Shown: one piece after another, positions 1-12,405 of the stretch
Layout of the letters: each line of letters begins with the position of its first letter
Position numbering within the stretch: the first letter of the stretch is position 1
Assembly (NCBI RefSeq): GCF_000143415.4
Contig: NW_003314374.1
Coordinates: 88,981-136,473, forward strand
Direction: 5' to 3'
From: Selaginella moellendorffii
Taxonomy: Eukaryota > Plantae > Lycopodiophyta
Length of the DNA: 47,493 bases
Notes under the pieces: generated by a model
What the model was told of the DNA's origin: nothing
Databases searched by the model: none
The model's input: the letters and a program-made list of their open reading frames with translations, nothing else
Position numbers and translations under genes: made by a program

Positions 1-1512
1 CTGATAGAGGCATGCATGCAGTTAACAGGATGGTGAAAAGGAACTGTGTTGATGATGCTAAAACCTCTAGATAGACAAATCAAGAGGAGGAAACTCCTGC
101 TAGAGATGCTGCAAAAGAGGCCAAGGCTGAGTCATAAGAGGAAGAGCTAGATGCTACAACATTGCAGCATATGGCTCAAGAAGTTGAGATCAAGAATTTG
201 CAAAGGGAAGTTCACAAATTGAAAAAGGAGAACAAAAAAAGGAAGAAAGAAGTTGAGGCAGCTAAACTAGCTAAACCTAAGCAAGTAGACTCCTCTTCAA
301 ATTCTAAGGACGATGAAGTTCTACAATCACCCCCAGTTGCACGAGTTTCAATGTTCAAGCCTTTGAAACTGCCCAATTTTAGAGGCATGCAAGACTATCA
401 GGTTTTAGAAGACTAAGTTTATGATATGGAAAACTATTTCATAGCAGCAAACGTAGATGATCGTACAAAAGTTGCGTGCATGCATTCCTTTCTCACTAAT
501 CATGCCAAAACTTGGTGGCACCAGGTGTGTGTTGAAAAAGGGCAAATTAGAAGTTGGACCAAGATGCAGTCTCGTATCCATAAAGAATACTTGTTAGATG
601 ATCTTGGTTTGAGACTTTGTCCGAAGCTGTGGCAGTTAAAGCAGCGAGGGGACTTTATGCATTACGTTAATGCATTTGCTCAGAAGCGCATTACAATTTC
701 AAAGATGAGAAATGAAGATGCTCAGAGTTATTTCTTGGAGGGTTTAAGTTCATTTTCTCGCAATGAGATTTTGAAGTTTAAGCCGAAAACATACCTAGAG
801 TATAAGGAGGCAGCACATCAAGTTGCCTTTAGTCACTCACTTATGGAACAATATCAGCAGCCGTATACTGGTACCTCAGATAAGAATAAAAATTCTATGA
901 ATAAACAAGGTGATTGGAAATAAAGGGTAGAAGGAAGGTTTTGCCCTAGAGGCTCACAAACAATGGTTAACAAAGGTGGTGGTGGTTGAAGACCACCAGT
1001 AGCTTCTTCTAGTCTTAGGCCCTTTGTTCCTCCTCCTGATGGGTACAAGTAGCAACAACTTGTGAAACCTACTCCTAGTAGAATGGGTAGTTTGGGTCAT
1101 TGTTTTTATTGTAGAGAGTCAAGATAAAGGTCTTCAGAATGTCCCAACTAGTTAAAGATAAGGTCTCATGTTAATGTCATAAGGGAAGACTGTGGTGGTG
1201 AAGCTGAAGGAGTTGACGAGTTGGTCAATGCAGACTATAAGAAAGAGGAGGCGAGTTACTTTCATTGCTTTCCTTAAGCTTTTCTTGCAGTTAATACAAA
1301 CATTGATCCATTGATGTATTTGGTAGGCTTTGTCCGCAAACTCCAAATTTGAGTGATAATTGACACAGGAGCTACTCACAGTGTGATATCCGAATTAAGT
1401 TGTTAGGATTAAATGCTGAGCAGATGTTGCCCATACACTTCTGGTTTGCTGAAGGTGGGCAAATAGCCATAAAATTTGTGAGTGATGTTCCAATAAAAAT
1501 ATCCAAGTGGAA

Positions 1513-1612
1513 NNNNNNNNNNNNNNNNNNNNNNNNNNNNNNNNNNNNNNNNNNNNNNNNNNNNNNNNNNNNNNNNNNNNNNNNNNNNNNNNNNNNNNNN
1601 NNNNNNNNNNNN
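1513..1612. other. Assembly gap (100 N)
   Basis: Run of N within the protease region. Confidence 1.
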
Positions 1613-4284
1613 TTATGGTGTTGAACAAATTCACATCACATTCAAGTTAAAAGGACATTCTGACGTATCCTTCCAGTTGCAAAAGTGCTCCTCAAAGGAT
1701 TGGGATGCTAAATTTCTAACTACAAGAGCCGCTCAAAAAATAGTTAAGAAGGGATATCAAACCTTTTGGGTTCAAATGATGAAAGTTGAGGGTGATGGTG
1801 ACTTAGTTCAAATTGGTGACAGAGTTAATCTCGTACCAAAGAAGATATTGGAGTTGTTGGTGAGGAATCAAGATATCTTTCTAAAGGATTTGCCACCAAA
1901 GCTACCTTATAGCCGTGAGATTAATCATTAGATTGAGGTCATTTTGGGTTTTAAACCACCTACAAAAGCTTCATATTGTTTGAACATCAAGGAGATGGTT
2001 GAACTAAAGAAACAACTCATGGAGCTTCTTGATAAAGGTTATATCCGACCAAGCAAGTCACCTTATGAAGCGCCGGTCTTTTTTGTTATGAAAAAGGATG
2101 GAACCATCAAAATGTGTATCAACTATTGAGCACTCAATAAGATCATGGTCAAAAACAATTATCCCTTGTCTCACATTGATGGCTTATTTGACCAACTCTT
2201 AAAAGCTAAGTATTTTATGTGACTTGATTTACAGTTCGGGTATCATTAGATACAAGTGGAAAATCAAGATGTGGAGAAGACAACCTTTAAGACTTGGTAT
2301 AGATCTTATGAGTTCCTTATCATGCCGTATGGGTTATGCAATGCTCCGATAACATTCAACACTATGATGGATAGAATATTTAGAGATTATTTAAACTCAT
2401 TTGTTATCCTATATATTGACAATATTCTAGTCTTTAGTGAAACATTGGAGGATCATTTGAAACACTTGGAGCTAGTGTTTCAAAAGTTGCATGAACACAA
2501 ACTATATACTAAGGAAAGTAAATATGCTTTTGGACAATTGCACGTGAACTTTCTTGGACATATAGTTAATAGTGGCGTAATTGAGGTGGATCCAAAGAAG
2601 GTGGAAGCGGTAAAGTCTTGGGAAGCTCCAACCACTATATTAGATGTTTATTCCTTTCTCGGTTTGATGGGATATTGTTGCAAGTTTGTCTACAATTTTG
2701 CAAGAATTGCTCTTCTATTGACTAAGTTAACAAAGAGTAGTATACCATTTCATTAGACACCAACTTGTCAGTGTGGTTGAAAGAAATCTTAACTACAGCT
2801 CTTGTTCTCAAGGTCCTATATCTTGATAAACCCTTTGAAGTGCATTATGATACATCTGGCTATGCTATTGGTGTTGTGTTGCAGTAAAATTGTGACAAAG
2901 CAGGTTGTGTTACACTAAAGAAACATGGTTGTCCTGTTGTGTTCTATTCCAAGAAATTGGACGAAACCCAACAAAGATTGCCAATGCACGAGAAAGAGAT
3001 GTTTGTTATAGTGTCGGCATTGGAACACTAGAGACACTATTTAGGTGGACATACCAAGGTTTATACAGATAGTAACACATTGAGCTACTTTGCTATGTAG
3101 CCTAAGTTTACACTGAAGTAGGCTCATTGGCAAGAGAAGTTCGCTAGATTTGATATTGAAATCATCTATAAACCTATTAAAGATAATATTGTTTCGGATG
3201 CGTTGAGTCATCAGGCTCAGTTCTAGGCAATATCGGCAATTAGTTTGGACTGGTTGGAAGATGTTCAGACTTCGTATGTATGTGATCCATTGGTGAAGGC
3301 AAGCTTTCACTGTGCGGAGTTGTCAAAATAGAACCCTGGTAGTGAAGTAAAAAAAGTTGCTAGTCATACCAATGTGAAGCTTGACTTCTCAGTTTAGGAT
3401 GGGCTTATATTCTATAAGCAAGAAAGGTTGTATCTTCCCTCTAAGGATCTATAACAGTTGTTTCTGTGGGAACATCATGATGTTCCAACAGTGGGATATG
3501 GTGGAAAAAGAAAGACTCTTGCTTCATTGAAAAAGGGATTTTTCTGGTCTAGTATAGAAGGTGATGTAGCGGATTATGTTTGTTTCTGCTCTATATGCTA
3601 GCAATGTAAGCGCAAAATTGATAAGTAGGCTGGAAAGTTGTATTGCATTCTAGCACTAGCATAGCCATTTCAAAGTGTGACACTTGATTTCGTCACTTGT
3701 TTGCCAAAGTATAAGGGTTATGATACTTTGATAGTGGTTGTAGATAGGTTGTCGAAGATTGCACACTTTATTCCAATTGTGGAAATAGTGAATGCAAAGT
3801 AAGTAGTAAATTTTTTATCTATGAAGTAGTACAAGTTCATGGTATTCCTGAAGAGATGATCTCAGATAAAGATTCAAGATTTATGGGGATGTTTTGAGGC
3901 ACACTATTCCAATTATTTGGTACCAAGTTAAAGTTTAGTATGGCTTATCATCCTCAAACTGATGGGTAGACCAAATGTGTGAATGCTCAAGTTGAGGATT
4001 ATTTGTGGTATTATGTCGCAGTAGACCAATTCGACTAGGTTGAGAATTTGGACATAGTAGAAATCTGTTATAACAACACATTTCATAGTGCTATTGATTG
4101 TTCTATATAGAAGATGCTGCAAAGGAATGCTTGTGGGGTGCCTCAATAGATTGTTGTGCCAAAACTAATGTCCGAAGTGTTAGTCTCTGCCATTGAGACT
4201 TATGCAGAGCAACTATGCCAAGGTTAGTTTAGAGCTACTGAGGCGATTAGCAAAGCTTAGGATACAATATAATAAGAATCAATA

Positions 4285-5867
4285 TGTAAGCGACTAATTT
4301 TTCCATCCTACTTTAGTCACTTAACCACACCTCCGACCACTTGGAGGAGTCTCATTCACAACCTCCTTAAGTCCAATTCAGGACTTGGGATTTGCTAGCC
4401 CCAAGAATGACATCCATGCCACTCATCCTTTGCACTTGGTCCAAATGCTCCATATGTCCGGTCCCAAAACTGACACCCCAAGGTACCACTAACATATCAA
4501 CCCATTATGCTAAGGCCATGCCCATTCACCTTGGTCACATCGGTGGTCCAACACCACCTACATCATAATCCCATCTCTCAATGATTGGGCCATCAGTCCA
4601 AGAGTGACCATCCAAGATCCACTCTTTAGCATCCTTAAGATACTCGCAAACAAGGGGAACCACCTTCCCCAATATCCCTTTTACAGTCCCCACCAAGTCC
4701 CTTTTCTGTCCATGGCTGAGTTTGCCTACACTGCCACTGGGACAAGGCCCACAGGCTTGACCACTAAGTCCCACTATCCTCTGGGACTTTCTCACCACAT
4801 GACCGTATCCTTGGTCACCACACCAGAGGATTGCTCCTCTTCCATTCTACAGTCTGGGACTTTAGGACAACATTTCGGAACACCATGGCCTTACGCGAGC
4901 CTCATGGGTACTCTCTCTGCTTTCCACTTTTAGGTGCTCTAGCCATGGGCTTAGAGCGAGGTTTTGTTGAGCCACGCTAGGTATCCAAATAGGTAGTGCC
5001 ACCCACACTTGGATTGGGAGCATCGGCCATTCGATCTCCCAGGAGAACTAGAGCCGGCTCTTGAATACTTCACCAAGCTACCCCACTTGTCGGTCCGTAT
5101 TCACTCTAGCCTTGGACTTTCAGTGGTTATCCCATCACCGAACCTCTGGGTACAGCCTTCTTGGGCCAAACTAGCCTTTCCTGGCCAAACTGGCTCCACT
5201 GGAGTCCTCCCCAGCTCACCAACCCCCCATTCACCCTCTCAAACTCCAACTCAGACTCGGACTCAGACTTGGACTCGGACTCGGACTCGGACTTGGACTC
5301 GAACTCAGACTCGAGCTTGGGCTCGGTCTCGGCCTCGGTCTCAGTCTCGGTCTCGGTCTCAGTCCCAGTCTCGGTCTTGGTCTTGGTCCCGGTCTCGGTC
5401 TCGGTCTCAACTTTGGACTCCATCTTGGGTCCTTCTCAGACTCCATCTTGGATTCCATCTCGGGTCCATCTCGAACTCCATTTCGGTCCATCTCAGACTC
5501 CATCTCAAGTCCATCTCGGACTCCATCTTGGACTCCATCTCAGTCCATCTCGGACTCCATCTCGGGTCCATCTCAGACTCCATTTTAGACTCCATCTCGG
5601 TCTCCATCTCGGACTCCATCTTGGACTCTATCTCGGTCCATCTCAAACTCCATCTTAGACTCCATCTCGGTCCATTTTAAACTCCATCTCGGGTCCATCT
5701 CGGACTCCATCTTGGGTCCATCTCGAACTCCATCTCGGGTCCATTTCGGACTCCTCAAGTCGGAGCTTTTAGTCCAAACGTGTTACGCTCGTTTGGCTTT
5801 CACTTCAGCCACTACCACGTGGCACCCTTTCGGCTCTACTTTGGGGCTTAGGGATTTGTGTCTCACA
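4285..5867. mobile_element. Solo-LTR-like insertion (family B, 1583 bp) inside the integrase of copy 1
   Basis: Starts TGTAAGC and ends TCTCACA, flanked by CAATA (4280-4284) and CAGTA (5868-5872), a 5-bp TSD with one mismatch. Removing it restores integrase sequence collinear with the uninterrupted homolog near 37110-37200 (- strand). Confidence 0.85.
5250..5755. repeat. Minisatellite array within the family B LTR: hexamers (GACTCG, GGTCTC) followed by 11-bp units (GACTCCATCTC / GGGTCCATCTC)
   Basis: Directly visible tandem units; they generate low-complexity ORFs in most frames. Confidence 0.95.
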
Positions 5868-7026
5868 CAGTATTGTTGGGATGTATCCTATCAAGTGGGA
5901 GATCAGGTGTGGCTATCTTCCCAAAACTTGAATGTTAAGGGATCTTTATCTTGAAAGTTGTTACTAAGATTTGTTGGACCCTATCGGGTTTTGAAATGAA
6001 TTGGTGATGTATCCTATCGGTTGGATCTTCCTACAGAAATGTTTAATGTTTATAATGTATTTCATGCCAATTTATTAACTCCTTAAACTATGGATGTTGC
6101 ACGTCATGAGGAGATTCATCCGCCACCAGATGTTGTGGACGATGAACCTGAATACAAAGTTGAAACTATCTTGGATTCTTAGTTTTGAAGACGGGCTCAT
6201 TCCAAGGAATATCTAGTTAAGTGGAAAAGTTACCTAGCTCATGAATCAACTTGGGAGCCTCATAGGAATCTTACACATGCTCTTGAGCTTGTCACAGAGT
6301 ATGAAAATCATAATAAATACTAGCTTTTGTAACTCTTGTAATCAATCTTGCAAACCAATAAAGTAATATATTTCTATAAATCAGAATTTCATTTCTCTTG
6401 TTCATTAGTACTTGGGTTAGTTTTGGCAAGTTAACTTTGGCACTTCGGTGCATGGGTTCAATCCATAACCATGGGGATAACTATTATAGACTGATCACAA
6501 GTCCCTACCTTTCTCTTGATAACTCATTTTTGAAAAGGGGCATGGTCATATAAACAACTTAATTTGCCAGTTTATAATTTGTCTAAATCTTCCCGACGAG
6601 GTTGATTTCTTGCTTAGGGGAAGTTGGGCTTCTAGCCTTCTCCCTATATCCCTGCGACAAGGATGTATCATTCCTTTGTAAGCCGAGTGGTACTTAAAGT
6701 AACAAAGGTGGTTAACTCTGTTAATCATTTCCTTGTCAGTGATGGCCAAAGGTTGTCTGAGTCTTAACGTCTTTGGACGTAGAGGAGAGGTAGTTCCATA
6801 ACTCATTTAAGTTTGTATATTTCCCACATAGTGTGCTTTCCATTAACTTTTAGAGTTGTTTCTTTGACGGTTTGTTATACTCAAGTATGCATTGACAAGG
6901 ACGTCAATCTTCTCTAAGGGGGGGAGAGGTGTTCAAAACAATCTTTACACTTCGTAGATATGCCAAATAAACAAATCTAGACACTTTCCATAAATAGCAT
7001 TTATGACCAAAATTAGACTAACATAA

Positions 7027-7800
7027 TGTCGCGAATGTGACTTCGAATATCAAAAATACTTATTGGCCAGTCCTTACAGACACTTTTTCCTTACTGCCAT
7101 GACGGTAGAAAGTCAATACAGTTGGATCCCTTTGGTAGCCCCTCTTGTGCTTGTGCTAGTGGAGTTAATTGGGCATTTCGAGTATACTTAGACGGGATGA
7201 GCATATGGACAAAATTCTTACGTGCTATTAGCTAAGCATACTTAGCCCGATAAGGAATTCCCATCTCATTATATCTTGCACTGGCTAGTGATAAGAACCC
7301 TTGCATATTAAGATTAGTCCCTCAATATTGCTGGATGATAGTTTATTATGTCTGCCAAACACCCTTGCTATCATGTCCTAATGGTAATGGTATTCATCTC
7401 GTGTCCAAATTCACAATTTAAAGACATTCCATATTTAGTAAGTTTCGAGCTTGTCCCAGAGACAAACTCTTGGTACTAAAGGAGGCTTGGGGTGAAAGCC
7501 CAAACATATGTTCCTCACGAGGGTGGGGGGGGGGGGGTAATGGGTAATGGGGGGTCTAAATGTATAGTAGGTTAGAATGCATGTCCAACCACATAAAACA
7601 TTAATTTGGCTCCTACTAGGGTATGTTGCTCTTTGTTCAACATCCAGCTTAGGTCTAAGCCCAAGCTCCACACTGCTCTAGTTAGTGGGTTACCTTCCCC
7701 TTCACGTTAGGCCACCAGTATACCAATATTATACCAGACATCATCTGACACCATTTTGAATGCATGTGTTGGATACGAGGAGTTGGTGCTCATGGGATTA
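7027..7800 (+). mobile_element. 3' LTR of family A copy 1 (rearranged, right part degraded)
   Basis: Begins TGTCGCGAATGTGACTTC, matching the LTR start at 35925 and the reverse complement of the ends at 43865 and 45488. Right boundary approximate. Confidence 0.85.
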
Positions 7801-7982
7801 TATTAGACCCTCATTCATAGCACAACGGGCTTGGAGTTTGACTCCAAATTTATGTGCTACAGGAAATCATGCGAAGTCTTAGCACCCAAACATATACCCA
7901 TTTGAATCATCATTTTTATTTCTATGTATGCAATAAGACTAGTTGCCCAATCTCATTAGATAGTACTTGCTAAGATTTATCA

Positions 7983-8503
7983 TCTGATACCAAATGTAGC
8001 ACATGTGGTTTTTCCCCTTTATCCTATAGCGATTTACTATAGGATAACCACGAAGTGGAACCTAAACCCTCTAAATGCCATGTGTCACATGCCACATGCT
8101 ATATGCCACGTGTTCAAAGACAATAAAGCTTCGAGGCCTTGGGCCACTAAATGAAGGAATAGAGTCAAACTCCCAAGCATGGAGCCAAGGAGCAAAGAAA
8201 CCAAAGCATGAAGCAATTATTGAGCATACAACCCAAATAACAAAGGAATTGGAGCACGGAGCGACTTGAAACAGTCTTACAACATCTAGTATCCCAATGC
8301 CAGGACCAGCATGCAAAACAGAGCTAAACGGAGTTTGATAATATTTTAGAATACCGGTGGCCTAACGCAAGGATATGGGTACTTCACCAACTAGCATGGT
8401 GTGGAATTTGGGCTTAAACCCAAATTAGAAGCAAAACAAGGACAAACATGTAAGCGAGAGCTAGACTATGCCTCAGGTTGATTGGCCATGCCCAACATAC
8501 CCA
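7983..8503 (-). mobile_element. Truncated family A 5' LTR (U5 part) with initiator-Met tRNA primer binding site
   Basis: LTR end ...CACATGTGCTACA (minus strand, ending at 7995) is followed by TGGTATCAGA (7992-7983), complementary to the 3' end of tRNA-iMet. Confidence 0.85.
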
Positions 8504-8519
8504 TCTTACTTCATGTTGT

Positions 8520-9330
8520 TTCATTGATGGCCTTCATAATGAGAGCATGCGGCAACATTTGCGTCATTCTCAGCCTACAAAGAGTTTGGAGGAGCTCTTT
8601 GATGCAGTTGATAGACTTGACAATGACAAACAAATCTTGTAAGCATTTGAGAAGTCTTTTTGTCAAGAATCATCGTGATGATCATCATGAACACAAGGAT
8701 GGAAACAAGCATCACAAACTAAAGTCTATAGTAGCTACCTCAGATGCAAAGGGTCAAAGAAGCAAAAGTTTTTTGTGAAGAATTATAGATAGGGTTTTTA
8801 TTATTGTGGCAAGCTTGGACACTACAAGGTTGATTGTCCACAGTTGAAGAACAAGCAGCATGGCAAAAAGAATGGCCACTCTTCTACTAACGGTAAGTTA
8901 GATATTAAAAAGTTGCAAACTTTACAATGTGAAGATGACAAAGATGACCATTTCGGTCAAAGGGAGAGGCTTTTAATTATTACTTGTCAACTCAACTATC
9001 TGTGGAACAAGATGGAGCTTGAGGACACTCGTGAATCAGCTTTAATGCTGGAGGGCATGTTCTGTGGTGGTCCAGTGTAGATTTTATTGGATATTGGGAG
9101 CGATCATAACTTTATTTTGGCAAAGTTTGTTGAGGAGCATGGCTTGGTGACATGAAGAGTTCTTTCTTATATGGTGGAAGGTATAGCTACCTTTGCTTAG
9201 CATTTTGATGGTTATGTAGAGGGGTTGGAAGTGTTGGTTGGCAAAACCACACTTTTAGAAACTTTTTATCTTGCAGATATTTATCATGTGGATCTCATTG
9301 TTAGGATGTCATGGTTGGTGAAGGTGGATT
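8520..9330 (+). pseudogene. Retroelement gag/aspartic-protease relic
   Basis: ILLDIGSDHNFILAKFV near 9081-9130 (degenerate LLDSG(A/S)xHNF motif) and DLIVRMSWL near 9290; frames are broken. Confidence 0.6.
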
Positions 9331-9344
9331 AGGAGATAAAATTA

Positions 9345-10930
9345 TAATTACGAACATGAACATGGAACACAAACACGAGCCTTAGATATTAGAAACCCGA
9401 CGACAGAACACAATCACAGCTCACGATGGCTCACAAATACTAGTGAATATATTAAGAATATTTTATTTTTTATTCTAGGAAAATTTTGTTTTTTATTATA
9501 TACGAACTACTCAAACATCCTACAAATCATCATTATCTTCAACTTCACAATCTTCGACATTATCTCCATCCTCCTCTTCCTCTCATGACTTAAGCTTGTC
9601 TTCCTAATGAAGAATTGTCTCTAGTACTTTGTAGCTCACAAAATTGTTGTGGTCATTGTCATTTTTGCAAGTTAATAATTTGCTATTGCAAGCCAAAAAA
9701 ACCAAATCTGTTGTCCTATCCATAGTAAGTTTATTCCTCTTCTTTGAAGACACATGTTTGAAAGTGCTAAACAATCTTTTCACCAAAGATGACAAGCATG
9801 CTTGACTTAGAACTTGAATGGCCAACTTCTAAAGAGCTGGAATTTCATAACAATAGTCCTCCCACCAATGTACAATTCCCTTCTTAGTGCGATTAACATT
9901 AACATCAATTGAGTTGAAAATGCCTCCTATCCTTTTGTAAATTAAAAGTTCACCCCGTATCACATCCCTCTCACTAGATGTAAACATGGGTAAAAATAAG
10001 CATTCCAATCCTTCATGACTTCTCTATTGGCATGCTTTTCATGCTCTTGAAATTCAAGGTCCAACATATATGCCACTGAGTGCATGAACGAGTGATACTT
10101 ATGCCGCCAGTTAGACATTATCTAATAAAGTTCCATATACCTACTATAATTCGATTGTCCTTCCTCTAAACTTGCTTCCAACCTATTCATACACTTATAT
10201 ATTTTTCCAATTGCAAGTACATCACCGTCCACAAGACAAAGTAGCAACATAACATCCTTGGACACCTCTAATATATCTTTAACCTGTTCCCAAAAATGGT
10301 CATCAAAAATGGTTTCATAATTGTCTCTGCCTACTCTCGTTTCGACTTAAGCTTTGCTCTATAAAGCATATGAACATCTATTGTAGAGCTTCCTGGAGCT
10401 CCACCAGCCTCTCTATCGGCCAAACCTTATATCACAATAGCGCAACATTTGCTTATGAGTAAACTCTAGTGGCAATGCCACCATATGAGAGTGGTTTCTA
10501 AAAAAGCTCACTAAAGCTTTTCCTTGCTCCAAAAACCTTACCATCCATAGAAGTTCACCGAAGTCTTTCAAGGTATTGTTCAAGTAATGGGCAAAACATG
10601 TTGCCCATACCTTTGTTTTAGAATTGTTATTGATGCTCTATTCACATTTTTCCCATCCATTACAACCATAATAATGTTCTCTACACCCACAATGCTAATG
10701 CCTTCTTCCCAGCAACGCAAAGTATTCTCAGCTATTTTTCCTGTTGAGGAAATATCGATAGCCTTCAGAAAAGCTACCTGTCCTTGACTATATGCCACAA
10801 GCCCCTTGATATGCTGATTCCTCCTATCTACCCACCTATTTGCACATATGGTTACACCCCTCTACTCCCATTGCCTCTTCATGGACACCATCTCAATGTC
10901 AATAAATCCTGAACATGCTTTCCAACATTA
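9345..10930 (-). mobile_element. hAT-superfamily DNA transposase relic (DUF659-type core plus C-terminal dimerisation domain)
   Basis: 9604-9825 gives AIQVLSQACLSSLVKRLFSTFKHVSSKKRNKL...DLVF (hATC-like). 10580-10798 gives FLKAIDISSTGK...VGVENIIMVVMDG (DUF659-like). AACAC-rich subterminal-like repeats lie near 9350-9420. TIRs were not resolved, so boundaries are approximate. Confidence 0.85.
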
Positions 10931-12405
10931 AATTTGATGCATAACTGTCCTTGATCTCTATTCTGTTCCACACATTATTAAGTTGACGAACAACAATCAA
11001 AAGTCTTTTCCTTTGGCTAGACCAATCTTTGTTGTCATCCTCAAGTTGTAAATTGTGTAACTTCTTAGTATCTAATATATTATTATATGAAGATTGACCA
11101 TTCTTCTTGCTTTGTTATTTATTCTTCAACTGTTATTAATTAGCTTTGTAGTGTCCAAACTCATTGTAATGATAATAACCTTGCCTATAATTCTTCACAA
11201 AGAATTTCTATTTTTTCTACTCCTTCACATCAAAAGTAACCACTATAGACTTCAACTTATGATATTTAATCTTATCCTTATATCCATGGCAATCATCACA
11301 ATAGTTCTCAATTAAAGGATTCCTTAAATGCTTACAAGACTTGTGTTTGTCATTGTCAAGTTAATGAGTTACATCAAAGAACTCCTCTAAATTCTTTGTA
11401 GGCTAGGAATGACATAAGTGTTGCCTCATGCTCTCATTATAAATATCATCAATAAAATAAAATTTGTTCTAATCTAGATCCTTTATTGAAATGTGGCTAA
11501 TCAAGTAAGTGAGCTTCTTAATATAATCCTGAAGTGTCTTTTTCCCTTATTGGAAATATCAAAGTTTTATGTAAGTATTCTCCACGTCATAATGAGGGGA
11601 AAAACATAGACAAAAGCAATTTCAAATTCATCTATGATAAACTTAAATAGTTTTTTGTTTGCAACACAAAACTCCTCAAGCGAATTCCATCATTGAAAAT
11701 CTGTATTACACAAAACTATTGAAATAACCACTAAACTTTTGCATTTGGAGTTTTTCTAGTAGCCAAAGACTTTTTCACATTAACTAGCCAAACTAAATAA
11801 ACCATCTCCTAAAAAAGTTAGAATCTTGAATTAATCCATCAAAAAAGTCTTATTTGGAGTACTACCATTGTTAGCTTGGAGTGCCTTAATACACCCATGC
11901 ATCATAACTTACGTATTGTAACTATTTATCTTGTCTTGCATTTCTTGTTAATTTTTGTTGAGGTTTTGCATTATGTGCCAACTTTGACCATGTAGTTAAC
12001 ATGGGTTAAAGGGAAGCTTAAAGGTATATTAAAGCATGGATTTAAGGTAATGAATTTAAAATTTTTGGGTGATTGGGTACCTCAATAATATAGTCTAGGC
12101 AAAAATAAGTGTCTTTATTTTTGTTATTTAGCACCAAGCTTTAAAATCAAGTGATCACCTAACATATGGTGTAAGAGATAGGATCTTAACAATAATTATA
12201 ACGACAATATAATTGATTCAATTGATAGTGTGGCTGAAAAATACTTAGATCTGGTGGCTGGAATAAAACTACTTTGTGGCTTGATTATTTAGTGAGGACT
12301 AGAGTGAAAGGTAAACAATGCGTTATATTTCTATATGATTATTACAAATAGAAGTATTTCTAGCATAGTATATGGAATCAATTTCTAGGAAGGTAATAAT
12401 CTTCA

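Larger units (their letters stand above)
162..6928 (+). mobile_element. Decayed Ty3/gypsy chromovirus-type LTR retrotransposon (family A, copy 1), internal region; 5' LTR not in the window
   Basis: Domain order is gag (162-923; degenerate CCHC knuckle about 1100-1145), protease (about 1300-1510), RT (1944-2756; MPYGLCNAP, catalytic YIDN instead of YxDD), RNase H (about 2800-3230), integrase (about 3400-4284 and 5868-6080) and chromodomain (about 6140-6320; EPEYKVETILDS...EYLVKWK...STWEP). A polypurine tract AAGGGGGGGAGAG lies at 6916-6928. Many stops and frameshifts. Confidence 0.95.

Noticed and set aside
5009-5680. Long Ser/Arg/Asp-repeat ORFs (223, 165 and 98 aa)
   Set aside because: They are translations of the LTR minisatellite, which is open in most frames.
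5410-5755. CRISPR-like array
   Set aside because: Contiguous tandem units with no unique spacers, no cas genes and a eukaryotic context.
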